Source of the DNA: Octopus sinensis
Taxonomy: Eukaryota
Length of the DNA: 27,617 nucleotides
Assembly: GCF_006345805.1 (NCBI RefSeq)
Contig: NW_021836937.1
Coordinates: forward strand, 1-27,617
Reading direction: 5' to 3'
Part shown: positions 11,418 to 21,257 of the stretch, one piece after another
Layout of the letters: every line of letters begins with the position of its first letter
Position numbering within the stretch: the first letter of the stretch is position 1
The notes under the pieces: model-generated
Seen by the model: only the letters and a program-made list of their open reading frames with translations
Database searches by the model: none
What the model was told of the DNA's origin: nothing
Position numbers and translations under genes: made by a program

Positions 11418-13666
11418 TTACTTGTGTCGAAAGTTTGGCTTCCTCGTTCTTTGATGTGTCTTCGAGGAGGTTTTTATAAAGTTTTTGGGAGAGAATTTTT
11501 GGAAAACCCCTACAGCATTTGGGAAGAGGGCTTTCAGTTTGTGGTCTTGTGTTGTGTGATGTGTAGATTTTGATGTGTTTGGTGGTGTAGTGCGTGGATG
11601 GTTGTATTTTTTAAAGTCATCTTCACAGATGTTTGTGTAGCCTGTGATGTACTCCATTAGTTTGGAGTCTTTGGTGTCCTATCGCTGATAGCATTGTGGT
11701 GTTTTTGTGGTGTATGTTGGTGCTTGTTTGTGTTGTATGTTGGAGCTTTCAGGGTTCAGGTATCTCCCTGCTTTGGCGCGTTTTCTTGTTTGTTTGTTTT
11801 TAAATCTTTTTCTTTTACCCCGGTGGCTATTGCCATTCTGTCGAACTTTCATCGTTAGATGAAAAGTCTGACGAATCAGCAGGGGGGTAGGGTAAAGCGT
11901 CTGGGTCTGTTTGTGCGGCGTTGTAGATATTGTTGTGGTGCGCGGGGAGGGTGGTTGCTGGGGGGTTTGTTTGTGGTTATTGTCTCTCCAACATCCTTGG
12001 TGCTTGTCTTCTTCGTTGTTATTCTCGGTGTTGGAATTGGTTTAGAGTTGTTGTTGGTGGTGATGATTCTGTTCTTGGCGCTGGTGTTGGTGTTGTTTGG
12101 TTGGGTTGGCTTGTTCTTTGTTGTTTTTCATGCATTTCTGCATACAGCTTCTTGACTAGCCGTCCATATTGTGGTGTGGGCAATAATGCTGGCTTTTGTG
12201 GTTTTTTTCCTGTGGCTGTTGTGTTGTTGTAATTTAGCGGCAGATTTGTACTCCTTTTGAGGTGTGCTCACTCCCACATGTATAGCATCGTGGCCTTCTG
12301 CCCTCGACTACTACGTACAACTTGCGGCCATCCTCAAGATGTACGTGGGTGGGAATTTTTTGATGTCATCTTGACTTATGTGGAAGAGGAACTCCATTCT
12401 CTTTCCCAGCCAGTCCTTGTTTTCGAAAACACCGATATCTAGGATCTAGGATTTAAGTCCTCCATTTCGGATGTTAAGGCGGATGTTATCCACATGTTGT
12501 TGTTACTTGGGGGACATTATTGATAATGACCTTCGTCACTTCTGGCCAAGGTAACTCGGTGTCATCGTTAGTCATCAGAATGAAGGGTTATCGTTGAGAA
12601 TTTCTTCGCCAACTCTTCATTCTGAAAACCACCTGTACGTGGGCGAACTTGTTCGCCCAAGTCACAATAATCCTTGTATCCCCAGATGGGGCGTAGGCAC
12701 TTTCTATTTTGTCTGTGCTTGCCTTTCTGGACTTTTAGTTTTTTTATTTGTTATTTTATAAACAATGTTTTTCTTTTTTCCTTCATTGCGTATGTGTTGT
12801 GGGTATGTGTAAGAGTATTTTGCCGTGTTCATTGGTGATAAGGTTTCTGCAATCTTTTATTTGTTGTGTAGTAAACGAAACTTTTGTTACTTTTTCTTTT
12901 ATCGCCTCGGCGAAGTTTGTTGTTGTTTTGTTATTGTTGTTACTGTCGGTGGTGTTGGTGTTGATGGCAGGGGTGTGGGTTTGTGTGTTTGTGGTTGTTG
13001 ATTATGCAACTAGCAAGGGGTGGAAAATGTCTGCGTAATTTAGTCCTGCATTAGCGCAAATTTCGGCATTTCGTTTGGTTGTCGTTGTTATTTTTCACTT
13101 GTTGTGATGTGGAGTGAGCAGTGGTTGAAGGGAATTGTTGTCGTTGTTGTTGTTGTTGTTGTTATTGTCGTTCTTGGTGACGGCGGTGGTGTTAGTGGTA
13201 TTAGTAGCATTGACGGCACGGTCTTGGTGGCTGCGGTGATGGTGATTTTGGTATTGTTATTGGTGGCGATGTCTTTAGCAGGGATAGCAGTTTGTAGTAG
13301 CAGATGCTGCCATGGTGTTGTTGTCGGTGTTGGTGGTGTGGACTCACTGGTGGTGTGTTGACGGTGCTTCGCCTTGCGACCTTTGTTTTGTATTTGTTGC
13401 TGTTGTCGATGCTGATGGTGGTGGTGGTGTGGTGGTGAAAGCGGTGGTGGTAACAGTAGTAGTAGTCTCCTTGTTGTCTTGTTAGAGTGGTGGTGGTGTG
13501 TGGTGACAGGGCTGTTACTACAAATGGTTGCAGCGTTTATTCCAAAATCATTTATGTTTGCATTTTGCGTGCACAAGTTCTTTTTTTCTCCTAGCGTTTC
13601 CAGACTAGGAGAATGATGGTCGATAGAGGAACGCGACCATCGTTCTAAAATACAATTTCTCGACAT
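11418..13666 (-). pseudogene. ORF1 of copy C: low-complexity T/Q/H/P-rich arms, RRM-like core and zinc knuckle, frameshifted
   Basis: Probable start ATG at 13666 (MSRNCILE...). Joined frames give KFAHVQVVFQNEELAKKF (RNP1-like, about 12600-12660) and KLYVVVEGRRPRCYTCGSE-H (knuckle, about 12245-12330). The ORF boundaries are approximate. Confidence 0.7.
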
Positions 13667-13876
13667 TTTCAAAATGTCGAAAAGGAATTACACAAAAATT
13701 AATAGGGTTGAAACTGAAATGCCCCTAGGGGCGAATTCCTCCCTTGGAAAGCACTCAAACGAAAGTGGGTGCCTTACACACCTTATTTACAAAAATGTAC
13801 ACAAAATATGGGCTATAGATAGTCAAAATAAACGATTACCTTCGGAGCTGAACTGACATCACGTCCGTCGATAAAC

Positions 13877-13942
<66 letters not shown>

Positions 13943-13992
13943 TAGATCAGATAGATAGATAGATAGATAGTTAGATAGATAGATAGATAGAC

Positions 13993-14057
<65 letters not shown>

Positions 14058-14120
14058 TAGACAGATAGATATAGATAGATAGATAGATAGACACAGATAG
14101 ATAGATAGATATAAATAGAT
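13877..14120 (-). repeat. (GATA)n tract between the copy D tail and the copy C 5' end
   Basis: Direct reading. Confidence 0.95.
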
Positions 14121-15382
14121 AAGTTTCTTTATTGGCCACACAGGGCTGAATACAGAGGGGACAAATACAAATGTAGAGCTTTTATTTTCGAGGGTGGTAA
14201 AAGAAAGTAAATGTAAGATTGCGATCAAAAGGGATCGAGAGAGGAAAAAAAAAGAAAAAAGACATCGTGTATCACAGAAACAATGATAAAAACATTGATA
14301 AAACAAGATTGGGTTCATCCGTGGAAGAAGAAAAGCCTACAGAAAAGACCACGGGAACCTCAGTCAGGGAGGAAATAACCACATGAGAGCCAAAATGCTC
14401 TCTCTTTCTTTTTTACGATTTACAGGGTCATGCTCAAATGGTTTCGTCACTCGCACGCACCATCTTTGCAACATTCACCCATCTTTTTTTTTAATCTTTC
14501 GCGAGACAAAACTTCCTTCTCCATTCTCACCTTCCTTTTCAAGTGGTACTTGAAAAGAGGTAAGTGTTTGTCTCTAATCCTTTCGCTCGGGTCCACCACA
14601 CACATTCTTTCACCATGGCCACCAGTACGATGAAAACTGCCTTGCCTTCCCGGTTGAGGGAAGGGGGCGGAGCAATTGCCACGATAGACTCGGCCGATAG
14701 GCGGACTCGTCCCACACGTGGCAGCAGCCGTTCGGCATAAGCCCACAGGTCTGAAATGGACATTGCACGAGTGCGTGCAGAACGGTTTCGTCGCTCTGAC
14801 CGCATCTCGGGCAAGTCGGTCCAGTGTGTCTGGAACCGTGTCGGTAGAGCTTATCCCGAACAGGTAAGTTTCCTCGATAGCACTGCCAGGCTAGGGATCT
14901 TTTTGATTGTTCATAGGTCCCGGCCCGAAAGTTGTCCTGAACAGGCGGGTCAGGTGTTCCTCATCGACGCCCAGATTCTGCCCGAGATCGTCGTCGCACC
15001 TCCACTCCACTATTCCTCTATAGAATGCCTTTGTTGTGATGAGTCGCACAAGTTCGATCCCGGACAGCAGAGTTGCTTGAGAGCAACGCGACACTCGTGG
15101 TGCCATTCGCCTAGCCTCGATGTCTGCTTGATCCATGACTGTAGTTCGTCCAAGGAGACGAGCTGCGGGAAAGCGCGCCGCACAAAAGGCGACCACACCT
15201 GTTCACTGTCGTCTATGAAGCGCCGGAGATGTCGTAGTCTCAGCGCATGTCTGCGCATCATCAACCACGGCATGCCCAGCCCTCCATTTAGCGGGTGTTG
15301 ACAGCAAATGGGTCGCCTAACCATCGGAACGTTTCCCTTCCACAGGAAGCGGAAGAGTATACGTTCCAGTTTGGTGATGGTA
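14121..15382 (-). mobile_element. Tx1-clade LINE copy D, 5'-truncated, more divergent subfamily
   Basis: MVRRPICCQHPLNGGLGMPWLMMRRHALRLRHL... and WWTRAKGLETNT are homologous to copy C; ends ttcagccctgtgtggccAATAAAgaaact-TATC on the minus strand. Confidence 0.9.
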
Positions 15383-15413
15383 AATTTGATGGTAAATTTG
15401 ATGGTAAATTTGA

Positions 15414-15672
15414 ATTTACTTCAGTTTAAATCTTGCAAAGAAGGTCTTGAAACCACCTGATGAATGTCAATAGAAGTGACAAGAAACGATCGTAGTGGAT
15501 ATCTTAATTATATTTAATTTATATAAAAATTTTTATGTATTGGATTAAGTCTTTCTTTGTTTGATTTGCATAATAGTGGTTTTGTCTCTAATTAATATTA
15601 TATTATATTTTACTATAAAATTAGATTCAATCCTAATCTGATTTTCCCCTGTAAATTTGGATTTATTCCCTA
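15414..15672 (+). repeat. Diverged copy of a hammerhead-bearing non-coding repeat (same family as 16578-16990)
   Basis: 15451-15672 aligns to the right arm 16851-16990 and to the reverse complement of 16580-16795. Confidence 0.8.
15453..15498 (+). ncRNA. Minimal type-I hammerhead HH1
   Basis: CCAC-CTGATGA-a-TGTCA atagaag TGACA-a-GAA-ACGATCGT-A-GTGG; stem III is a perfect palindrome, GUA site after 15494; the first pair of stem II is an A.A mismatch. Confidence 0.8.
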
Positions 15673-15673
15673 A

Positions 15674-15719
<46 letters not shown>

Positions 15720-16178
15720 TATAATAATATATATATATATATATAATATATATATAAATTAGTGTATACACGAAAGAGGGGAACCTGACAGGACACCTAA
15801 CATGATGAAAATGGCAGTTAAAACCCAAACCACTGGCAATGAAAAAAAAAAAAAAAAAACATTTCATAGTTCCAGTTATACTCGAATTTCGACATCAACG
15901 AACAAATGAAATAATTTGTCATCCTTGTCGCATCATTAAGGCTGCTATGATTAATGTATATTTGTGAAACATTGAAGACACACACACACACACACACACA
16001 CAACCACACACACACCACAATATATATATATACATATAATACATATATATATTTATACGTACACAAATATATATATATATAAACATACAGATATAATATC
16101 ATATATATCATATATATATTTATACATATATATTATGTAAACATACAGATATATATATATTTTATATATATATATTAT

Positions 16179-16212
<34 letters not shown>

Positions 16213-16484
16213 ATAAGCTAGAAATCCTGGATCTTGAATTATTCAATAATATTTTTTGCTAGTCTATTTTGTCCCTCTGTCATATATCATGGTACGATAT
16301 GAACATTTAACGTGGTTTTTAAAGTCAGGGTTTTGACTGCTATTTCGGCATGGTTGTGTCTCTCAGACACTCTTATTTTTAGTTTGTAAAAAAATATTAC
16401 CTTCGTATGGTATTTTTTCCTATGCTGGCCACTTGATAATATCGATATTTAATATCGATATTATCCTTATTTATAAATATATAT

Positions 16485-16581
<97 letters not shown>

Positions 16582-16749
16582 TTTAGGGAATAAATCCAAA
16601 TTTCAGGGAAAAAATCAAATTTAGGATTAAATCCAATTTTATAGTAAAATATTATATAATATTAATTCGAGACAAAACCACTATTTTGCAAAACAAACAA
16701 GGAAGACTTAATCAATACATAAAAATTTTTAATATAAAGAAATAAACCG

Positions 16750-16791
16750 CCACACAATCGTTTCATGTCTTCAATGACATTCGTCAGGTGG
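16750..16791 (-). ncRNA. Type-I hammerhead HH3 (antisense arm), lacking the cleavage-site nucleotide as sequenced
   Basis: Minus strand CCAC-CTGACGA-ATGTC attgaa GACAT-GAA-ACGATTGT-GTGG, identical to HH2 except for the missing A of GUA. Confidence 0.6.
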
Positions 16792-16854
16792 ATTTTCGAT
16801 CTCCTAATCTGTTTTAACACTTCATAAATTAAAACAGATTAGGAGATCGAAAAT

Positions 16855-16897
16855 CCACCTGACGAATGTCATTGAAGACATGAAACGATTGTAGTGG
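16855..16897 (+). ncRNA. Minimal type-I hammerhead HH2
   Basis: CCAC-CTGACGA-ATGTC attgaa GACAT-GAA-ACGATTGT-A-GTGG; all core positions are present, GUA site after 16893. Confidence 0.85.
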
Positions 16898-16992
16898 CGG
16901 TTTATTTCTTTATATTAAAATTTTTATGTATTGATTAAGTCTTTCCTTGTTTGTTTTGCAAAATAGTGGTTTTGTCTCGATTATATTAATAT

Positions 16993-17039
<47 letters not shown>

Positions 17040-17040
17040 A

Positions 17041-17534
17041 TGGTTATCCGTAATAATGAAGGGTGAAATTAATTAATTTGGATAATTATCAATTACACCA
17101 AGTAGTCTTCGGCATGTAAAAGCCTCATTCGAGGAAAATTTAAGTAATACTAAGCAATAAAGGGTTTAGCAACGAATTGCTTTAATATTTAATTCTTATG
17201 CTTTCCTAAAAACTTGATTTCGAAACGTACGTCCGTAGATAACTTAAAAATGTATGATAGATTGCCGTCAATTCATTCTCTCTACCTGTTTGTGTCTGCC
17301 TTCCAATTGCTGTTTTTACTGAGATCTCCCTTTTTAGTAGAAGAAATAGCTATAACTCTTTGACTGCTATTTCTAAATTCGGTATGTGGTAAGGCAATTC
17401 GTTGCTAAACCTTTATTGCTTAGTATTACTTAAATTTTCCTCGAATGAGGCTTTTACATGCCCGAAGACTACTTGGTGTAATTGATAATTATTCCAAATT
17501 AATTAATTTCACCCTTCATTATTACGGATAACCA
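17041..17534. repeat. 494-bp unit with ~140-bp terminal inverted repeats and TA on both sides (fold-back of a hammerhead-bearing repeat, or a MITE)
   Basis: 17041-17180 and 17394-17534 differ only by three homopolymer indels; the interior carries a hammerhead 3' half GAAACGTACGTCcgtaga at 17222-17239. Confidence 0.85.
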
Positions 17535-17730
17535 TATTTTATCTCAGTAGATGACCACAGCATCTTGTTTTGGCTACACGCGGGTGGGAAGGGGCTGGTG
17601 ACACAATCGTTTCATTCACACATTGAATTTGGTATACTGGTTGCGGATTCTAGCTCGCTCTGATACTGAGTTGAGTTGGTGCCTTCTAGTATCTCAAAAT
17701 TCAATATATAATCATTTATGATTATAGTAT

Positions 17731-17835
17731 TCTACGCTGAAGAGAAAGGAAGTTTCGGTAAGATAGAATTATTTATATTTAATATTAATTCTTATGCTTT
17801 CCTAAAAACTTGATTTCGAAACGTACGTCCGTAGA
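17731..17835 (+). ncRNA. Type-I hammerhead HH4 with a long stem-II insertion
   Basis: Stem I tctacg(17731-36)/cgtaga(17830-35); CTGAAGA(17737-43); stem II gaaa(17744-47)/tttc(17814-17) closing a 66-nt insert; GAA-ACGTACGT-C with a perfect palindromic stem III; GUC site after 17829. Confidence 0.8.
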
Positions 17836-18025
17836 TAACTTAAAAATGTATGATAGATTGCCGTCAATTCATTCTCTCTTACCTGTTTGTGTCTGCCTTC
17901 CAATTGCTGTTTTTACTGAGATCTCCCTTTTTTAGTAAGAAGAATAGCTATAACTCTTTGACTGCTATTTCTAAATTCGGTATGTGGTAAGGCAATTCGT
18001 TGCTAAACCCTTTATTGCTTAGTAT
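17779..18025 (+). repeat. Direct duplicate of 17181-17426
   Basis: Differences are only single-base homopolymer indels; no substitutions were found. Confidence 0.92.
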
Positions 18026-18029
18026 ATAT

Positions 18030-18345
18030 ATATATGTATATTATATGGATGCTATTGAAGCTTGGGAGGGGTGTTATACCGGTAATAATAAATACGCGCA
18101 CAGGTTCGGTCCTGAAATGTTTGACCAAAGTATTTAACATATGAGTTTGAAAACCTAGTAGAAAACGGCTGGTTGATAAACTGGTTAACGGAGTAACTAA
18201 CCATTATCTAACAATAACAATGAAGAACCGAACCAGTGTGTGTGTTTATTATTACCGACAAAATGCCCATCGCAAGGTTCAATTCTATTTCTTTCAGCAC
18301 ACGAATTCACATCAAGAATCTTGCAAACCAAATGCAAATACAAAC

Positions 18346-18346
<1 letters not shown>
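18030..18346. repeat. Longer copy of unclassified repeat X with an internal 31-bp inverted repeat
   Basis: Homologous to 353-573; 18080-18110 versus the reverse complement of 18227-18257 matches at 27/31. The left boundary is approximate. Confidence 0.75.
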
Positions 18347-18379
<33 letters not shown>

Positions 18380-18512
18380 AGTGTGTGTGTGTGTATAAAT
18401 ATATATATACATGTGTGTGTGTGTGTGTATGTGTGTGTGTATAAATATATACACATACATATATATACAAATATACATATATATATTATACATATAATAT
18501 ATATATATATAT

Positions 18513-20345
18513 TTTTCTCTCTAGTTTCAGCTCAGAACTGCGGCCATGCTGATGCACCGCCGTTTTGTGCTACATTGTTATTACGAAGAACCTCGTCTAA
18601 TATGTGGCACTTGGTGAAGAATGGAGTTTGATATATCTACCCTCATTTGCAACTCTTGCCGTGAGGTAGGTTCATCTGGGACTCTCGATAGGAAGAGGTG
18701 CAGTTTGGATTTAAAAACCGCCACGTCTACTTTGTGCAAGTTCCTCAGACTCTTTGGGAGAATATTAAAAAGCTTGAAACCCAGGCTGTTGCAGTAGCTG
18801 GACCTGAAGCGTGATGGCATTGCTGGGATCTTTGGCACTATGCAGTGTCGTCCCGTTCTAGCATTGGGTAGCTTTCAATGCCAAAATTTGGCACAATTCC
18901 TTCCAGGATCTTCCAGATATATATTACTGCATACCTCTCCCGTCTTCTCTCCAGGGAGAAGAGTCTTAGCAGTTTCAACCATTCCCAGTAGCTCAGCTGT
19001 TGGAAAAAGACGATCTTCTTTGTGAATCGTCTCTGGATTGCTTCAAGGTCCGCTGTTAATTTCACACTGGTGGGTGACCATAGCTGTGAGCAGTAATCCA
19101 GGCGGCTGATGACGAATGTCCGCCAGAGGACCATCATGGTTTCCTTATCTCTGGTTCTGAATGTTCATAGGATCCATCCAGTCAGTCGTCTGCACTTTGT
19201 CGCCATCCTGGTAATGTGCACTTGGAAAGAGGTATCATCACTCATGTCGATACCCAGGTCCCTCACTGACTTAGGCCCTGGGATTGAAATTCCCTGCGGA
19301 CCGGTGTACCCTGTAAGTTTCATATTCAGTTTTGGATGCTAGTAAGTCTTGGAACTTTTCAGCATTAAACAGCATATTATTATCCTCAGCCCATCTGTAG
19401 ATTGAGTCCAACTCCTGCTGCAGGTGTGCAACATCGCTGGGGTTCTGTATTTTCTGCGAGACTTTTGTATCATCTGTATAGCTTACAAAGATGGCTCTCC
19501 GGGCATTTGAGGGCATATCTGAGAGGGCCACTATAAAAAGCAATGGTCCCAAGACAGTGCCCAGTGGAACACCGCTCACTATTTGTGTATTCATAGAGGT
19601 GGCTCCATTAGCTACTACTGCCTGACTCCTATCTTTCAGGAAGTCATGTAACCACTCTCCAAGTTTTCCAGCTATGCCGAGGTCACGTAGTTTGTGGCAT
19701 ATCATACCATGATCCACCTTGTCACAAGCTTTTGCAAAATCAAGGTATATTACGTCCACATTTGATTTGTTGAGTAACTGCCTCAACACCCAGTCGAAAT
19801 GTTGTAATCGCTGGGTCAGGCAGCTCCTGCCTGGCCGGAAACCATGCTGGGTATCACTCAGCAAGTTATTTTCTTCAAGGAATGCAATTAGTTTCACTTT
19901 GACTATCCGTTCCATGACTTTGCTGATGTGTGAAGTCAGAGAGATAGGCCTATAGTTTTTGGCATCTGCTCTACTTCCCCCTTTATGTATTGGGCATATT
20001 ATTCCCTCCTTCAGCTTGCTTGGCAGTTTGCCATTTGTAAGAAAGCTTTGGAAGAGAATCTGGCGCGGTTTTGGCAGGGCATGCTTACACGATTTGAGGA
20101 AGATTGCTGGGAAACCGTCAGGACTAGTAGACACTTTTGAACAGGTCATTCAGTATCTCACAGATCTTAGTTGGACTGTGAGGGAGCCATCCTTTTGGAG
20201 GAGGGGTCCTATCCTGTAGTGTACTGTGGCTGTTTCTTTCGCGCAATGAAAGAAGGCCTTTGGGTTTGACTTGGGTTTTTTATAAGCCACGCTTCTTTGT
20301 CTGCTTTCTCCCTCACATACGATTCTGCAGCCTTTTTTAGATCTC
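18513..20345 (-). mobile_element. CR1-group LINE, 5'-truncated and decayed (RT plus C-terminus plus short 3' UTR)
   Basis: SPDGFPAIFLK...PIHKGGSR...NYRPISLTSHISKVMERIV...QHGFRPGRSC...YLDFAKACDKVDH...SGVPLGTVLGPLLF...YTDDTK...SRLDYCSQLWSP...LERRRER. It has degenerate motifs (YTDD, GVPLG), frameshifts, and an apparent internal deletion near 20130 (FKSV joined to STSPDG). Confidence 0.92.
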
Positions 20346-20411
20346 CATCAGTGTTGTTTTTAGCGGGACGTTTCGATACTTTTCGGATATATACATGGAT
20401 ATATTATATAT

Positions 20412-20465
<54 letters not shown>

Positions 20466-21257
20466 TTGTCTATTAAAGTGAATGTGTCTGTACAGGTCAT
20501 TGTGACATGGTGAAAATGGAAGTCTGAATAATTACTGCAGGACATGAAGAATGGGAGTGTTATTAGATTAATAGAATGAGAAGAGGTTCCCACAGAGAGG
20601 ACAGAACATCAAAGAAAATAACAAAAGAATAAAGATTTAATAAAAACGTCAAAATATTGTCTGTTTAAAGAAAGCTAAAACATAAATATTCACTGTACAA
20701 ACAACTTACATTTTTGAAATCGCATTTATTTAGGAATGTTGCTAAATTCTTAAAATATTATGTTTAACAAAAGCGAAAATAGAAACATTTACTGTAAAAA
20801 ACAGCTCATAGATTTTCGTTGTCAGGTCACTGTGTCTAATCGAGTGGTTAGAGTTTCTTCTTTTTCACGGTTAAATTATTTTCGGAGTATTTTCCCACTA
20901 TGCACCGTTTAGGGTATTTATACCCTGAAAACCACTAATATCTCAACAAACAGTTGTCCGATTTACGTATTTACGTGAAGTTTGTTTTATTTCGTTTGTA
21001 TTCACATTTCAGGGAACCTTAATTCATAGTATTTTCGAATTATGCGACGATTTGGCTGGGTAACACTGCAAGCAAGCAAGCAAGCAAGATTCAAGATCAT
21101 GCTTAATGTATTATAGATTATTGTGTGTATACATACACATACACACACACACACACACATACACACATACACATATCTAGAATAATAAATGTGAAAGCGA
21201 ATGTCAGTGTGTCAGTGTGTTACACATTTTCAACTTTATTCCTCCGAACCCCTTTCT

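Larger units (their letters stand above)
7556..13876 (-). mobile_element. Full-length (~6.3 kb) Tx1-clade LINE copy C, flanked on both sides by (TATC)n
   Basis: 5' UTR of ~210 bp starts directly after (TATC)n, followed by ORF1, ORF2 (APE-RT-CCHC) and a 3' UTR ending gcagccttgtgtggctAATAAAgaaaca-TATC. Confidence 0.9.
16578..16990. repeat. Fold-back palindrome (~150-bp arms, 11-nt loop) of the hammerhead repeat, flanked by (TA)n
   Basis: 16667-16817 pairs with 16829-16980 and differs only by single-base indels; loop cacttcataaa. Confidence 0.9.

Noticed and set aside
13780-13876. 5' self-cleaving (HDV-like) ribozyme at the start of copy C
   Set aside because: I could not build the nested double pseudoknot or a hammerhead core by eye.
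17041-17534. Confident call as a Tc1/mariner-type MITE with TA TSD
   Set aside because: The flanking TA could come from the adjacent (TA)n; the interior carries a hammerhead half and recurs without TIRs at 17779, so a fold-back of a retro-repeat is at least as likely. It is left unresolved.
17596-17630. Minus-strand attca-atgtg-tgaat-GAAACGATTGT resembling the HH2/HH3 3' half
   Set aside because: The 5' core and the cleavage nucleotide are absent; at most a recombined remnant.
20360-20390. Minus-strand GAAACGTC and the decayed CTGAAGA...GAAT at 24510-24555 as hammerheads
   Set aside because: Cores are incomplete and there is no convincing stem pairing.
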